Of a DNA stretch of 64,000 nt, positions 1 through 13,235 are shown one piece after another. The stretch spans positions 123,723,755 to 123,787,754 of the forward strand of contig NC_052148.1 in NCBI RefSeq assembly GCF_902713615.1, read 5' to 3'. The DNA comes from Scyliorhinus canicula (lineage: Eukaryota). Every line of letters starts with the position of its first letter. The stretch's first letter is position 1. The notes under the pieces were generated by a model. It was not told the origin of the DNA. It ran no database searches and saw only the letters and a list, made by a program, of their open reading frames with translations. The position numbers were made by a program, and so were the translations under genes.

Positions 1-269
1 ATGTATAAGCTTAAAAATATTCCGCTGGTCAGGCAGCAACTGCAGAGATAACATTTTAGGTCTGTAACTTTCCATCAGAACTATAAAACTTTAGAGATGT
101 AACAGGTTTTAAACAAGTACAGAGGCAGACAAAGTGAGGAAGAGAGGACAAATAAAAGGGAAGGTCTCTAATCAGGTGCAAGGCAGAAAATATTAAGTAA
201 CAAAATGAATGATAATGCAATGCAAAAGTGGCTGGTAAAGAAACACACCCATTTTTTGTTTCTTCACTG

Positions 270-730
270 GTCCCTGGATCTATCTAGATTTTTCTTAAAT
301 GGACCCATAAGATCTCTCTCTACTATTCCTTGTGGTAGCAAGCACCAGGTCCTTAGCTCTCTTTGGGAGAAGACATTTCTCCTCTATTCTCTATAGATTA
401 ATTTATGGCGATCTTATAATCATGACAGCTAGTTTTGAGCTCTCCCACAAATAAAATCACTCTCTCTGTCTACTTTTATCAAACTCCTTTCAATACAGTT
501 TTTTTAAAAGATTCAGTCAGCTCAGCACTCAGCTTTCTCTTAGCTGGAGAAAAGTGCCCCAGAAGTTCTCGTTTTCTGATAAGCATACCCTCTCAGTCCT
601 GTTAACATTGTTGTGATTTTTGTTGCACCTTAAACAAATCCCTTTATGTCTCTTATAATATGGAGACCAGAACTGTGCACAATAATTCAAATAGGATCTT
701 ACCAAAGTGAGAGTTGTGATGAGCAGTACA
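270..730 (-). mobile_element. CR1 relic
   Basis: LVRSYLNYCAQFWSPYYK remnant in ORF 529..789. Confidence 0.65.
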
Positions 731-842
731 GTAACACATTCAGGAACTAATTTCTGACATTGTATACAGGCTTGGAGACGGAATATCATGTAATCCCAAG
801 CGCTGAAGTTAAACTATTTTGCTTCTTCATACTGAGGAAGGG

Positions 843-1215
843 GAGGTGGTGGCCTAGTGGTATTGTCACTGGACTAGTAATCCAGAGACTCTGGGTACTG
901 CTTTGGGCTCCCGGGTTTGAATCCCGCCATGGCAGATGGTGAAATCTGAATTCAATAAAAATCTGGAATTAAAAGTAAGTGATGACCATGAAGCCATTGC
1001 CGATTGTTGTAAAAACCCATCTGGTTCACTACTGTCCTTCAAGGAAGGAAATCTGCCATCCTTACCTGGTTTGGTCTACATGTGACTCCAGACCCACACA
1101 GCGATGTGGTTGACTCTTAGAATGGCCTAACAAGCCACTTAGTTGAAGGGCAATTAGCGATGGGTAACAAATGCTGGTCCAGCCAGTGATGCCCACATTC
1201 CAAGAATTAATTTTT
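843..1215 (+). mobile_element. tRNA-derived SINE (relative at 37540-37830)
   Basis: A-box tggcctagtgg and B-box ggtttgaatccc. Body repeated elsewhere in the window. Confidence 0.75.
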
Positions 1216-1224
1216 TAAAAAGGT

Positions 1225-4200
1225 CCCTCGCCCAACTGTGGAACACATATTATGGCAGGGAGTAATTATACCAACAAAGTGGTGTTCTGGAATGGGCACA
1301 GTCCCAAAGTCTAATGGCTCAATTACAGTGTGTGGAATTGACTCAAATAAACAAACGTGAGATCCTCCTGATAGCATCAGTGGGTGGAAGATTTACCAAA
1401 TTCGCAAAAAGTACCCTTTCCATCAAATTAGATGCAGTTGCTTGTGGCAGTTGCCTCAGGACAAAGAATCCAGACTTTTGACCACTTTGATAATGCCATT
1501 CAGTCATTGTTGCTTTAATAGATTGCCATTTGAATTGCTCCTGCACCAGAAATATTCCAGGGAACGATATCTCAGATGCTAAACGGCATACAAAGAGTAA
1601 TATACCATATGGACAACATATCTGTACGCGGTTTCGAGGGGAAAGCATAATTGTAGAGTGAGAATCATCCTCCAGGTTCGACAGCATGCAGGTTTGATTC
1701 TAGGGCACGTGGATCCAGAACTGCTGATCATCATAGCAGCAGCATCTACAAGTCTGGATGCAGTTTTGTTTCAAGTTCAAAAAGATGGTAAAGTAAGTCC
1801 TGTTTATTACGCCACAAGAGACACAGAGAAAACGTATGCAGTAATTGATAACTAAGCATTAGCAGCAATATGGGCGTGCGGTTTAAAATTGAAACTGACC
1901 ACACGCCTTTGGTCAATCCTCTTAAGAGATTCTGAAGCTGTTGTCTAGAATTTAATATTTCAGACTGAGACTAAAGGAGGTATGATTCATTAACTGGATG
2001 TGTTCAAGGGAAGCACTTGGTGATAGCAGATGCACTAGCAAGAATACCAGTGGACGGGACGAACATGGAAGATTTGAATTTCATCAAGAAAGTGAAAGCG
2101 TATCCTTCACTCGTTACCACGTCATTTTCAAACCAGGGTCGCGACCCAGAGGCGGGTGTTCCCAATTGCGGGGCCGTGCGTCACAGCGTTCCCGCTATCA
2201 GGAAGTAGTGTCCGACGGAGTGAACGGCTTTTAAAAATGCCGGCCGTGACCAGCTTTCAGAATGTTGGCCGTTCTGCATCCCTGCCGCCTCAGCAGTGCG
2301 CAGGCCCGGTGGGACAGACTGCTTCCTCCTGACGTCAGCCTGCTGACCTAGGAGCGCATTTGTTTTTATATCGCCAGAGTCTTCCTGTCTGGAGCGGAAA
2401 CAGAGAGCTGGTCACACGCCCTGTACACTGGCATCACGTGTTCTGGGTGCAAGAGACTTTCCTACATTTTGTAGCTGCTAGCAGTGCTGCTGTGAGTTCC
2501 AGGGCCTCTGGTGAATATCCATGAACAAGAAGCTGAAAACAGGAACAAAGCAGCATCAAGATGTGCATGGGTTTCCTCCGGGTGCTCCGGTTTCCTCCCA
2601 CAGTCCAAAGATGTGCAGGTTAGGTGGATTGGCCATGATAAATTGCCCTTAGTGTCCAAAAAAGGTTAGGTGGGGTTACTGGGATAGGGGGAAGCGTGGG
2701 CTTGGGTAGGGTGCTCTTTCCAAGAGCGGACTCAATGGGCTGCATGCCCTCCTCCTGCACTGTAAATTCTAAGATGATTACTTGAGGTGTGGGTTATTAA
2801 TTGTGCCACTGAAAATCGGATTGCAAAGTCTGTGTGTGTTATATGCAGGGAAGCACTGGCAAATGAAAGTTTAAAACCCTCAAAACTTCAAAGGCATTTG
2901 AAGACTTAGCGTGTCGAGTTCTAGGACAAACCTTTTTATTTTCAATAGATGCAATGAGATCTTAAATCATCAGCTAAAGTCCTTATCAGAAATGAAACAT
3001 TGAACAACAAAGCAAGTGAGATAGTGAGGGCCAAGCAGGCTTACCTTTCACATTAAAGATAAGTGAAAATGATGAGTCGCGAAGTTTGGCTGGCATGGGT
3101 TGTGAAGGTCAGCCGGCATGGGTCCTGAATATTGGCCGGTTGGTAAAAATGGGTCTTGGGCAAAAAAGTTTGAAAACACTGCATTATCAAGCACCACTCC
3201 TGAAAAGAGATTACAGGAGATTAAACAAACACAACAGCAGGTTGACAAATGTATCCAAATGATGGAATACTACCAGAAAGGATGGTCTGATTATACGCCG
3301 AACAACCCGTACTACAGCAGTACTTTGAACAGAGAAAGCATCTCACAATCATCGATGATTTCTTAGTTTTTAATGACCGACAAGTCATCCCTTAAACACT
3401 TGAACTTGAGATTCTCCAAAAAATTCTTCAAGGTTACTTGGGGATTGCAGAATGTCGAACAAGAGTCCAGCAGTCAGCCTGGTAAGAAGGCATTTGTCAT
3501 TCCATATGAGAACCAATCTTAAATTGCTTTGCGTGAATAGCTAACAGCATAGCAAACCACTGTTATCCTCCACTTTTCTATCGAGGCCATGAGAGCACCT
3601 GGCAATGGACTTATTTGAATTTAGAGGCAAAGTATTTATCATCATCGTTGATTACTACTCCAGATGGATTGAAGTGAACAGATTGCACAGCATCAAGGCG
3701 AATCCGGTCATCAATCACTGAAGAGAATCTTTGTGATACATGGCATCCCAGACATTGTTGCATCAGACAATAGTCCACAGTTTGCTCACAATTATTTTTA
3801 CATCTTTGCGAAGGAATAAACTAGCTCACCTAGATATCCTCGGACGAATTGAGAAGCTAAAAGGGGGTTCAAACAATCAAAGAATTAATGAAAAAGGATG
3901 AAGATATTAACTTAACCCTTCTTGGATACAGAATCTCACTGCTGCAAAATGGGAGTTCTTAAAAGGAAGACAACGAAGAATGCAAATTCCAGCTCCACAA
4001 AAGAAACTACAATCTAATATTACTTCAGGTGATCATGAGAATCACAGGGAGCAACAGAGACACAAACAGGCTCAAAACTTTAACTTTAGACACAGAACCC
4101 AAGGCTTAACACAGCTGCAGCCCAGGGAGTGTGTGTGGATACGAGACCAACATAAAGGCATAATTATAAAACGTGCTCAACAACCGACACCGTATAAGGA

Positions 4201-4715
4201 GAAACCAAAACACCTTAATATTCTTGGAAAGAAAGTCAAACGAAACTTGGGCTTACTACTCGGATCCGGATGGAAACAGAAATGAGACAAAGCTCTACAG
4301 CCACCCAAGACACATGTATCAAATGAAGAGAAAGCGCAGATAGTCCTTGACCTCAGAATGAGATCAGAACAAGATTAGGGAGGTTGGTCAAGGCACCTCT
4401 GATGTTAACCCTGTGACGTATGAGACTTTGCAGAGAAATGAGGGAGGATGTATATAATTAGGACAAAGGGTGGCGGGAGGAGATGTAGAGTAAATAGTTA
4501 ACAGCAGAAGCACCTTGCACCTGAAGCTGATGTAACTATGATGCAATGTCATATGACCAAGTAACAGACCTGGTGGGAAGGAGAGGTCTGGCCTTGTACA
4601 GAGTTACTGGGATGTACATGGAGCTTTAAATAAGTAATAATGGTTTTTACAAGCTACAGCCTTAAGTAACTTTCTCAGGGAAAAAACCCCATCTAGACCC
4701 CAAACACAAGACAAA
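1225..4715 (+). mobile_element. Old degenerate Gypsy relic (RT, RNase H, integrase, PPT, probable 3' LTR); boundaries approximate
   Basis: Remnant peptides VIADALAR, IIVDYYSRWIEV and THGIPDIVASDN with many stops. Purine tract followed by TGT near 4484. Confidence 0.75.
2120..3181 (+). mobile_element. hAT/Buster-type non-autonomous DNA transposon inserted in the old Gypsy pol
   Basis: Terminal ...gtttgaaaacactg matches the TIR family of 54803-56353. Degenerate 8-bp TSD cgttacca/cattatca. Transposase BED-finger remnant (EALANESLKPSKLQRHLKT). Confidence 0.75.
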
Positions 4716-4774
4716 ACAGTTCAGACCATAATTTCCAATCCCCTCTGGCTGTAGGAACTGAAGGACTGCTAATC

Positions 4775-5470
4775 ATTGTTTAAAATGGGAGAACGGGATA
4801 GTCGAAATAATTATAGACTGGTCAGCCTAACCTCGGTGTTAGGAAATGTTTTCAAAACATTTCTGAAAGGAAGTATGAATGGTCATTTAAAAAGACAAAG
4901 ATTGACCTGGATGGTCAGCATGGATTTGTCTGACTAACTGGGTTGAATTTGTTTAGGAGGTAATAAGGAGAATCAATGAGGATAAGGTGTTTGATGTCAT
5001 CTACATGGTTTTTGGCAAGGCTGTTGACAAAGCCCCATATCGCAGACTAGTCAGAAAGTTAAAATGTCATGGGATCGAAAGAAAAGTGGTGCATTGGATC
5101 CAAAATGACACCGTGCCAGGGAAAAAAGGGTAATGGTAGACAGGTGTTTCTGTGACAGGAAGCTGTTTCCAATGGAGTTCCGCAAGGATCAATAGTGGAT
5201 CCCTTGTGTTAATTATATATATATATATATATCATGATGTAGACTTGAATATAGGAACATAATTAAGACGTTTATAGATTATATGAATATTGACGGTATG
5301 GTTCATAGTGAAGAAGAAAGTTGCCTGCTGCAGGAAGATATCACTGTACAGGTCAATGACAAAAATAATTCAATATGGAGAGGTGTGAAATAATACAGTT
5401 GGGGAGGGCAAATAAAGGAAGGGAATACACAGTAAATGGGACGATTCTGAGAAATTTAGAGTAATAGAGG
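4775..5470 (+). mobile_element. CR1 LINE RT relic (resumes at about 10330-10835)
   Basis: Remnants NYRLVSLTS, QHGF and DVIYM..KA.DK. The 3' part resumes after the nested hAT and Gypsy. Confidence 0.75.
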
Positions 5471-5762
5471 GACCTTCGAGGGCCTGGAGGTGGACCCTCT
5501 GCAGCAGACCATGGATGAAGGCATAGAGCAATGTTTTTAAAACTTTCTTTCCTGGGGCTCACTTTTACCAGCCGGCCAACCTTCGCAACACACCATTTTT
5601 GCTTGCCTTTAATGCAACAGGTGAGCCTGCTTGGTCCTCACGATCTCACTTGCTTTGTTATTCATTGTTACATTTCTGCTAAGGACTTCAGTTGATGTGA
5701 AATTCTCGATTCATCCTTTGAAATAAAATTGAGAGGTTTGTCCTCAAATTCACCATGCTTAG

Positions 5763-5985
5763 TGTAGTAATCCACGGGAGGCAGGAGTTCCGTCACCACA
5801 CCAATATTTATTTACAATAACGATATTACAGGAGCAGCTACAAACAGTGCTGCTAGCAGTCCAGTCAACTTAAGACTGCTCACAAAGCCTACACAGGTGA
5901 TTATATGGGCCCCCTCAATGAGCTATCATTGAGGGAGCTCATACTCCAATTGGCCAACCAATAAAGCCAATTGGAGTTCATTACA
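5763..5985 (-). repeat. 3' LTR
   Basis: Direct repeat of 9622-9844, preceded on the minus strand by a polypurine tract. Confidence 0.95.
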
Positions 5986-8900
5986 CCCCTCCCTCCCAAG
6001 GTCCGAGGAATTCCTGCCAGCTGGCATTCCTCTGAGCTTCTTCCTGCTCCTCATGTCTGGGTCTGTCACCTCTGTGTCGTTCTCCGAAGTGGGCGGGGTG
6101 TACCTTATAGGTGCTCGTCTTTTCCTTGACGACCTCCTTGGAAGTTGTTCTTCCTCCTCCTCGGGGAGAGGTGTCGCGGCGGCCTCGTCGAGTGTGTCCA
6201 TCTCCGACTCGGATGACTGGATGACGGGGTCTGGAGAAATTGCTCGGGGCTGGGGTGTGGGTATCCTTTCCGTCTGGGCTATCCCAGCTTGAGGCGGTCC
6301 TGCTTCGCCTGCCTCCAGGTGTGGTTCCGCTGCCCTTATTTGGTCTAGGTGTTTCTTCAGCACCTTACCTCCTATTGAAACCTCATAGGATATGGGCCCT
6401 GTTTGGGACTCTACCGTGCCTTTGACCCACGTTGGTCCATTCCCATCATTCTTGACCCAAACCGGTGCCCCCACCTGGAAATGTCTCTGCTGCCGACTAT
6501 TATCATGCCCCCCTGCGTTGGGCCTCCTGTTGTTTCTCCACTTTCCCTGTTAAATTTGGGAAAAGGAGACTCAGCCTCGTTCGCAGCCGCCTTCCCATTA
6601 AGAGTTCAGCTGGCGGTATGCCCGTTGTGGAATGTGATGTGGTCCTGTAATCAAACAGCCAGCGGGAGAGCTTTGTGTCTATTGACGCTGCCGACTGCTT
6701 CTTGAGTCCCGCTTTAAGTGTCTGGACCGCTCTCTCTGCCAGGCCGTTGGTCGCTGGATGGTAAGGGGCCGTTTTGATGTGACGGACTCCGTTTTCCTTC
6801 AGGAATTTTCCAAATTCCCCACTTGTGAATGCCGTTCCGTTGTCCGACACCAAAACCTCCGGAAGTCCATGTGTTGCAAACGAGGCCCTGAGCTTTTCAA
6901 TTGTCGATGCTGTGCTTGCCGTGTTTATCCGGTGGACGTCCAACCATTTGGAGTGGGCGTTCACTATCACCAAAAACATTGAGCCCATGAAAGGGCCAGT
7001 GTGGTCAATATGCAGGCGGGTCCACGGCCTGCCTGACCATTCCCACGGGTGCAATGGCGCTGCTGGTGGCACTCCTTGCCCCTGTTGGCACTCCTGGCAC
7101 CGACTTACCAAGGCTGCTATGTCTGTGTCCAAACCTGGCCACCAAACGTAGCTTCGAGCTAGCATCTTCATTTTAGACACCCCTGGGTGTACGTGATGTA
7201 ACTCAGTTAAGATTGCCTGACGGCCCTGAGCTGGGACGATTACCCGGGCTCCCCATAATAGGATACCGTCTTCTACGGTTATTTGGTCCCATCTGCTCCA
7301 GTATGGGTGCATCTGGGGCTCCACTGGTCTTTCCAGTTCCCCTGTTAGCAGTAAATGCTTGATCTTGGCTAAAACTGGGTCTTTTTGCGTCCACAACCGA
7401 ATATGTTGTGCGTCTACTGGTAGGGTGTCCAAAAAATTTAGAGTCATTACTGTCTCCTCTACTTTTGGTATTTGCGGCGGAGTGTCTGGGAGGGGAAGTC
7501 TGCTCAAAGCATCTGCATGTGCTACTCGCGTTCCCGGTCTGTGCTCCAGAACATATCTATATGCCGCCAGTAGCAACGCCCAGCGTTTGATTCTAGCTGA
7601 TGCAATCGGGGGTATTGACTTGTCTTCTTTTAATAACCCTAATAACGGCTTATTGTCCGTCACTATGGTGAATTTCCGCCCGTACAGATACTGGTGAAAT
7701 TGTTTTACTGCGAATATCACCGCCAGTCCTTCCTTCTCGATTTGGGCGTACTTCCTCTCAGCCATCGCCAAGGTCCTCGAAGCATAGGCTATTGGCCATT
7801 CTTCCCCATTCCTTCCTCTATGGGCTAAGACGGCTCCTTCCCCGTAGGGGGGTGCATCACAAGTGACCACCAACTCCTTCCTTGGGTCATAATGCTCTAG
7901 GACATTTTCGGATGACAGCTGTTCCTTAATGTCCCTAAATGCTCGGTTTTGGCGGGTGGACCATTTCCATTCTTGCCCCTTTTTTAGTAGCTGGTGGAGG
8001 GGTTCTATGATGGATGCCCTATTTTCAATAAATTTTCCATAATAGGTTACCAACCTTAGAAATGATCGTAACTCCTGGACCGTGGTGGGAGCTGGGGCTT
8101 CTTTTATTGCCCTTACTCTGTCTTCTAATGGATGTAAGCCTGACTCGTCTACTTTATATCCCAGGTACGTCACTTGTGGGGCCAGAAAAACACATTTTTC
8201 CCTTTTTAGCCGTACGCCTGCCTTTGCGAAACGCCTGAGCACTTCCTCCAGGTTCCTTAAGTGTTCCCTGTTTGTCCTACCCGTGATTAAGACATTGTCC
8301 AAATAAATCGCCACCTGCGGTAGTCCCTGCAGAATATTTTCCATCGTACGCTGGAATATAGCGCAGGCTGATGACACTCCAAAAGGTAGCCTAGTATAAC
8401 GAAAAAGCCCTTCAGGGTGTTGATCGTAGCGAACTTCTGGGAGTCCTTGTCCAGTTTTAACTGCAGGTAGGCGTGGCTCATGTCTAGTTTCGTGAACAAA
8501 AGCCCACCTGCCAATTTGGCATATAGGTAGTCTATTTTCGGGATTGGGTACTTGTCCAGCAGTGCGTATTTGTTTACTGTCTGTTTGAAATCTCCACAGA
8601 GACGTATCGAGCCGTCTGGCTTCAAAACTGGTACCACCGGCGCTGCCCATTCCGAAAACTGTACTAGTCTGATAATGCCGTCGCGCCGTAACCTTTCTAT
8701 TTCGTCATCTACTTTCTTCCTTAATGCAAAAGGTACCGGCCTGGCCTTACAAAATTTCGGAAGGGCTTCTGGGTCCACGTGCAGGGCTTCTGGGTCCACG
8801 TGCAAAGTTGCTTTGGTGCCTATGATTTCCCCCAAACCTTCCTGGAAGACCTCCGGGTATTTTTGGAATACTCCACTCAACTGCCCGCTTCCACTCTGGA

Positions 8901-9546
8901 AAATTTTCATCCAATCTAATTTTAGGTCTTTCAGCCAGTTCCGTCCAATTAAGCTCGGTCCGGAGCCCTCTACTATCGTCAACGGTAATCTGAGCAATTG
9001 TTTCTCATATTCCACAGGTACGTGAGTCGTGCCTAGAACTTCCAGGGGTTCCCCGTGTAGGTTTTAAGTTTCGGCGATGTTTTTGTTAGGGTTAGTGGCT
9101 GGAGTCCATCTTTGATTTTTCTAAATGCTGCCACTCCCATTACTGATACGGCCGCACCCGTGTCTATTTCCATTATTGTCGGCCGCCCGTTCACCCGTGG
9201 GGTAATCCTAATGGGTTCTGCTTTCTTCGTTGTAATATTATATAATTGTTCCCCTTCGGAGGAGGATGGGGCGTCTAGGTTGTGTACTTCCCTGCGTCCC
9301 CACCTGCTATTCCTCTTTTGCCAATTCCGTTACTACTTGGAAAGTTTTCGTGTCCGGCGCATCGGGATAAGTCAGATTACGTATAATGGCGAAAGCGGAG
9401 GGTCCGCAGCCCGACAGCAGGATAAGCTGTCTCCTTTCGTCCGTCAGTATATCATTTGCCCGGAAGAAGTAACACATTCTCTCCACATACTGGGACCAGT
9501 CCTCAATAGCCGGGTCGAATGCCTCTAACCTCCCAAAAAACGGCAT
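5986..9546 (-). pseudogene. Disrupted gag-pol polyprotein
   Basis: Gag N-terminus at 9307..9546, protease DTGA, RT split between ORFs 8287..9015 and 6503..8650 with YLDD changed to YLDN, RNase H, HHCC and DDE integrase. Several frameshifts. Confidence 0.9.
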
Positions 9547-9621
9547 TTTTAAAATGGCACGACTTACCCTCCGAGTGCGGCAGCTGGTCTCCGCAAAATT
9601 CGTAGTTTACCTCGTCGCCAC

Positions 9622-9844
9622 TGTAGTAATCCACGGGAGGCAGGAGTTCCGTCACCACACCAATATTTATTTACAATAACGATATTACAGGAGCAGCTAC
9701 AAACAGTGCGGCTAGCAGTCCAGTCAACTTAAGACTGCTCACAAAGCCTACACAGGTGATTATATGGGCCCCCTCAATGAGCTCTCATTGAGGGAGCTCA
9801 TACTCCAATTGGCCAACCAATAAAGCCAATTGGAGTTCATTACA
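9622..9844 (-). repeat. 5' LTR
   Basis: Direct repeat of 5763-5985, followed on the minus strand by the PBS. Confidence 0.95.
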
Positions 9845-11812
9845 CTTAGTCTTCAAATGCCTTTGATGTTTTAAGTTTTAAACACTCATTTTCCAGAACT
9901 TCCCTGCATATAACAGATGGGTTTTGCATCCTGATTTTCATTGGCACAATTAAAAAACCCATACCTCAAGAAATCATCTTTATACTTCTTTGTACCTGAT
10001 TTCAGTTTTTTTGTTTGGCTGTTCACCAGAGGCCCTGGGGCTTTGTATAGACTAGCACTGCTTTGTACTGCCATGGACACACCTGAGCAGCTCTCTCCAG
10101 AAGATTCAGATCTGATATCCTGGGCAGGAGGTACACTGCCTGTTTGTGTCTCTGGCCCCCTCTTCCTTATAACAAAACAATCCATCTTCAGTTCCTTGCC
10201 TTGCTTGCTCACAGATGAAAAATGGCAATATCTCTCCTCTGATTTTGCGCCAAAAGCTTCTGGCAGGAAGACTGCATCGTTCCATTTAAAAGCCGGTCAT
10301 GACCGGCATTCTCAATTTAAAAGCTAGAGTACTACATTCATTTCTGGTAATCACGTTACAGGAGAGATGGGATCATATTAAAGAAGAGATAGAGGAGATT
10401 TACAATGACGTTTTCAGGAATGGAGATTTTTAGCTGTGCGGAAAGATTGGATAGCCTTGGGGTGGTTTCTTTGGACCAGAGGATCTTGGGGAGATTTGAT
10501 TGAGGTGAATAAAATAATGAGTGGCCTAGATAGAATGGATATAAAGGACCTATTTCCCTTAGCAGAGGTGTCAATTAACAGAGAGCATAGATTTAAAATA
10601 ATTAGAAAAAGGAAGACTGGAGATGAGGAGAAAGTTTTCATCCAGTCGGTGGTGGGAGTCTGGAACTTTACTGCATGGAAGAGTGGTAGAGGCAGAAACT
10701 CTTGACGCATTTGGATATGCACTTATCATGCTGTATGGACCAAGAGGTGGACAGTGAGATTAGACTAGTTATCTCTTTTTCAGTCAGCACAAACAAGATG
10801 GGTCAAATGGCCACCTTCTGTGTCATAGATGTTCTGAGTAAGCAAGCATAGAATTGTTTTTTAAAAACTATGCTTAAAATGTAAGAAACATGTTATGCCA
10901 CCTTGGGTAATTCTATCCAAAATCTTAGTGAGGAAAGAAATTAAAATTTCCTCCCAGTTATATTGGCAGCCTCAAAAATGTATTATGTTACAGTGACTAA
11001 AAAGACGACTGTGATTCTTGAGGTTGGAAAATAAATGTGTTCTATTTTAGCCCTACAAAATGCTGCAGTGGCTAGATTCCTCCAGTTAGTATCATTTCAA
11101 GAAACTGATTAATAAGCAATTTGTATCAATTAATTTTGCCTCAAAAGAATCATTATGGAGAGAGCCTTAAATATATATCTTTTTTTTTTAAGTGGGAACG
11201 CATTCAAGTTTTTTAAATTTTACTTTTAAAAATAAATAAATATGGAGCATTCTACACTTAATTCTGTATTATTAAAGCAATGCAGTAAAATTATATTGAT
11301 TTATGTCCTATTGAGATAAATATTAAATTGATAATTTTATCACATTGCCACCATTAAAGTTGATATTGGACTTAAATATGTAAGCATGGTTTTGAAAAAA
11401 TGTAAGATCATTCAAAGTACAGGTATAAGATTTTTCTAACTTGGTAACTGCAGGTGGGTTTCTATTGGGCAGTGTAATCATACCATAAACCAATTAATAA
11501 CTATTGTAAACTTATCACAAAACCAAAAAATGGTTTATATTATATTCTGTAACTGTTTAATGTGAAAATTTAAAATCTGGTCTAAATTAAAGAAGGAGGC
11601 TTTATGAGATGACTCAGGCATAATGAGAATTCAGGTAAAATGCATCATTTAACCATCATCACTAGGGATTTGGGTTCAATTTGTGGCATAGTTTAGTTTG
11701 TAAATTGGTTCTGATAACACTGGGACATCTTTGACTTTGTGTGAGGTTTAACTGTCACTAATTCTTGATCTCTTTTTCTTTCTTTGTTTTGTGACTTCAC
11801 CTTCTTGCTTAG

Positions 11813-11830
11813 CAAATGGAAGTTCTAGCA
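11813..11830 (+). CDS. FRYL: FRYL 18-nt microexon (QMEVLA), phase 0-0
   Basis: Long pyrimidine tract ...cttcttgcttag|CAAATGGAAGTTCTAGCA|gtaagt. Joins in frame to ELELCRR of the next exon and resembles the QMESLA segment recalled from FRY-family proteins. Confidence 0.8.
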
Positions 11831-13235
11831 GTAAGTGATGGTTCTTGTCTTCTAGACATATTAACAGTGTTGGAATCGCAAACTGACCATTGTTTGCCGT
11901 GTTTACATTTGTAACCCTGCAATGTGTCTGACATCATTCATATATGTGTGCAGATGTTGTGCAGCTGCCAAAGAATGCTATGTGTTGCTTTCATGTCTTT
12001 TTGATGAAAATTATACAACATGCCTTTGAGTAAATAGTTACTGAAAAGAAAAAGATAATTTTCTTTCATTGAACATCTGTAGCAAGTACTGAATGCTAAA
12101 ATAAATAACATTGTATGTATTAAATTTTTGATTCCACAGACATATGTATAACAAGCGGGCAATATTGCTCTTGAATTGTGCACAAATGAATATGACCAAC
12201 GTGATACTGACAATATATTTCAGAAATTAAAGTTGATGACTCAAATGGAATGTTAACCAAGTCTTTTTTTATTATCGCTGCTCTCAAAGACCTTTTAGGA
12301 TACCAAAGTTTGGTTTGTTTGTGTAGATGATAGGTATTCAAAAATATATGTTTTTTATAATTTAAAGAAGGCTCTTTTTTCTGTCAAACGATTTGGGGTA
12401 TGAACATTTGTTACTTTGCTAAAATATCAAATTTAAGTGCCGTATACCTAAAATATATAAAGTATGACCTTGTTTTTCATTTGTAATCTGTAATCAGCAA
12501 CAGAAATGTTACATTAGTGGAAGTTCAGACAAACTCCAAAAGAAACCATATTTTCTATCATGATGATTTGTGTTCTCTGATCAGATTTAAGAATTTTGTA
12601 CTCTCCGTATGATTTGGTGAGCTTGGCAGAACACTAACGAAAATTATTTTCTTTCCTTAAATGTAGAATGTGTAAACCCTTATCTAGAAAATGTCAAGGA
12701 AAAATTATAGATTCTGGTTTATTTTCCAATATGTAAAATTTATCAAAATATGTATATGTATGAAAAGCGTGTGTAGAGAATATTTAGTGAAGCATACTAT
12801 TGTTGAAAATCTAATTTGTTTCTCACTGTGCTGTGCTGTGGTTTGTGTGTTTATTACTGCCAGATATTTACAATGTTTCCTATCTTTTAAAAGGAGGTTT
12901 TGCAGCATGAACAGAACATAGTGATGTTAAATATATACAACAGATATACATATATACATACAAATATATATAAATATTCGTCATTGAATTTGGCATTTAA
13001 TTTCTTGCTTTGGTGGTTTTGTTCAAGTAATAATTCTGCTCAGTGTCTGATGTCTGTTTTTGAAATATTGCGGTACAATATATAATACATTGAACAGATT
13101 TGAAAGCACACGGAACACCTATGTCATTACAAGAATGAAATAGCCAAAAAATGTGTTTTTCTTCGCTGATTCTGGTCCAGATTTTCTGGTCTCTGGATTG
13201 TTGTAGATTTGATATACTCCTTATGTTGCACTTTG

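Larger units (their letters stand above)
5763..9844 (-). mobile_element. Young Ty3/Gypsy LTR retrotransposon (Mag-like), defective
   Basis: 223-bp TG...CA LTRs at 5763-5985 and 9622-9844 with 2 mismatches. TSD CTTAG at 5758-5762 and 9845-9849. PBS TGGCGACGAGG and PPT at 5986-6000. Domain order PR-RT-RH-IN. Confidence 0.97.
5530..10325 (-). mobile_element. hAT/Buster-type element fragment interrupted by the young Gypsy
   Basis: TIR-like caatgtttttaaaac at 5530. ORF 9886..10212 encodes a transposase N-terminus (KKYKDDFLRYGF...KPIC) that continues on the far side of the Gypsy. Confidence 0.7.

Noticed and set aside
12864-12897. Acceptor with TGC (tactgccag) suggesting another microexon
   Set aside because: No convincing donor, and an in-frame stop follows.
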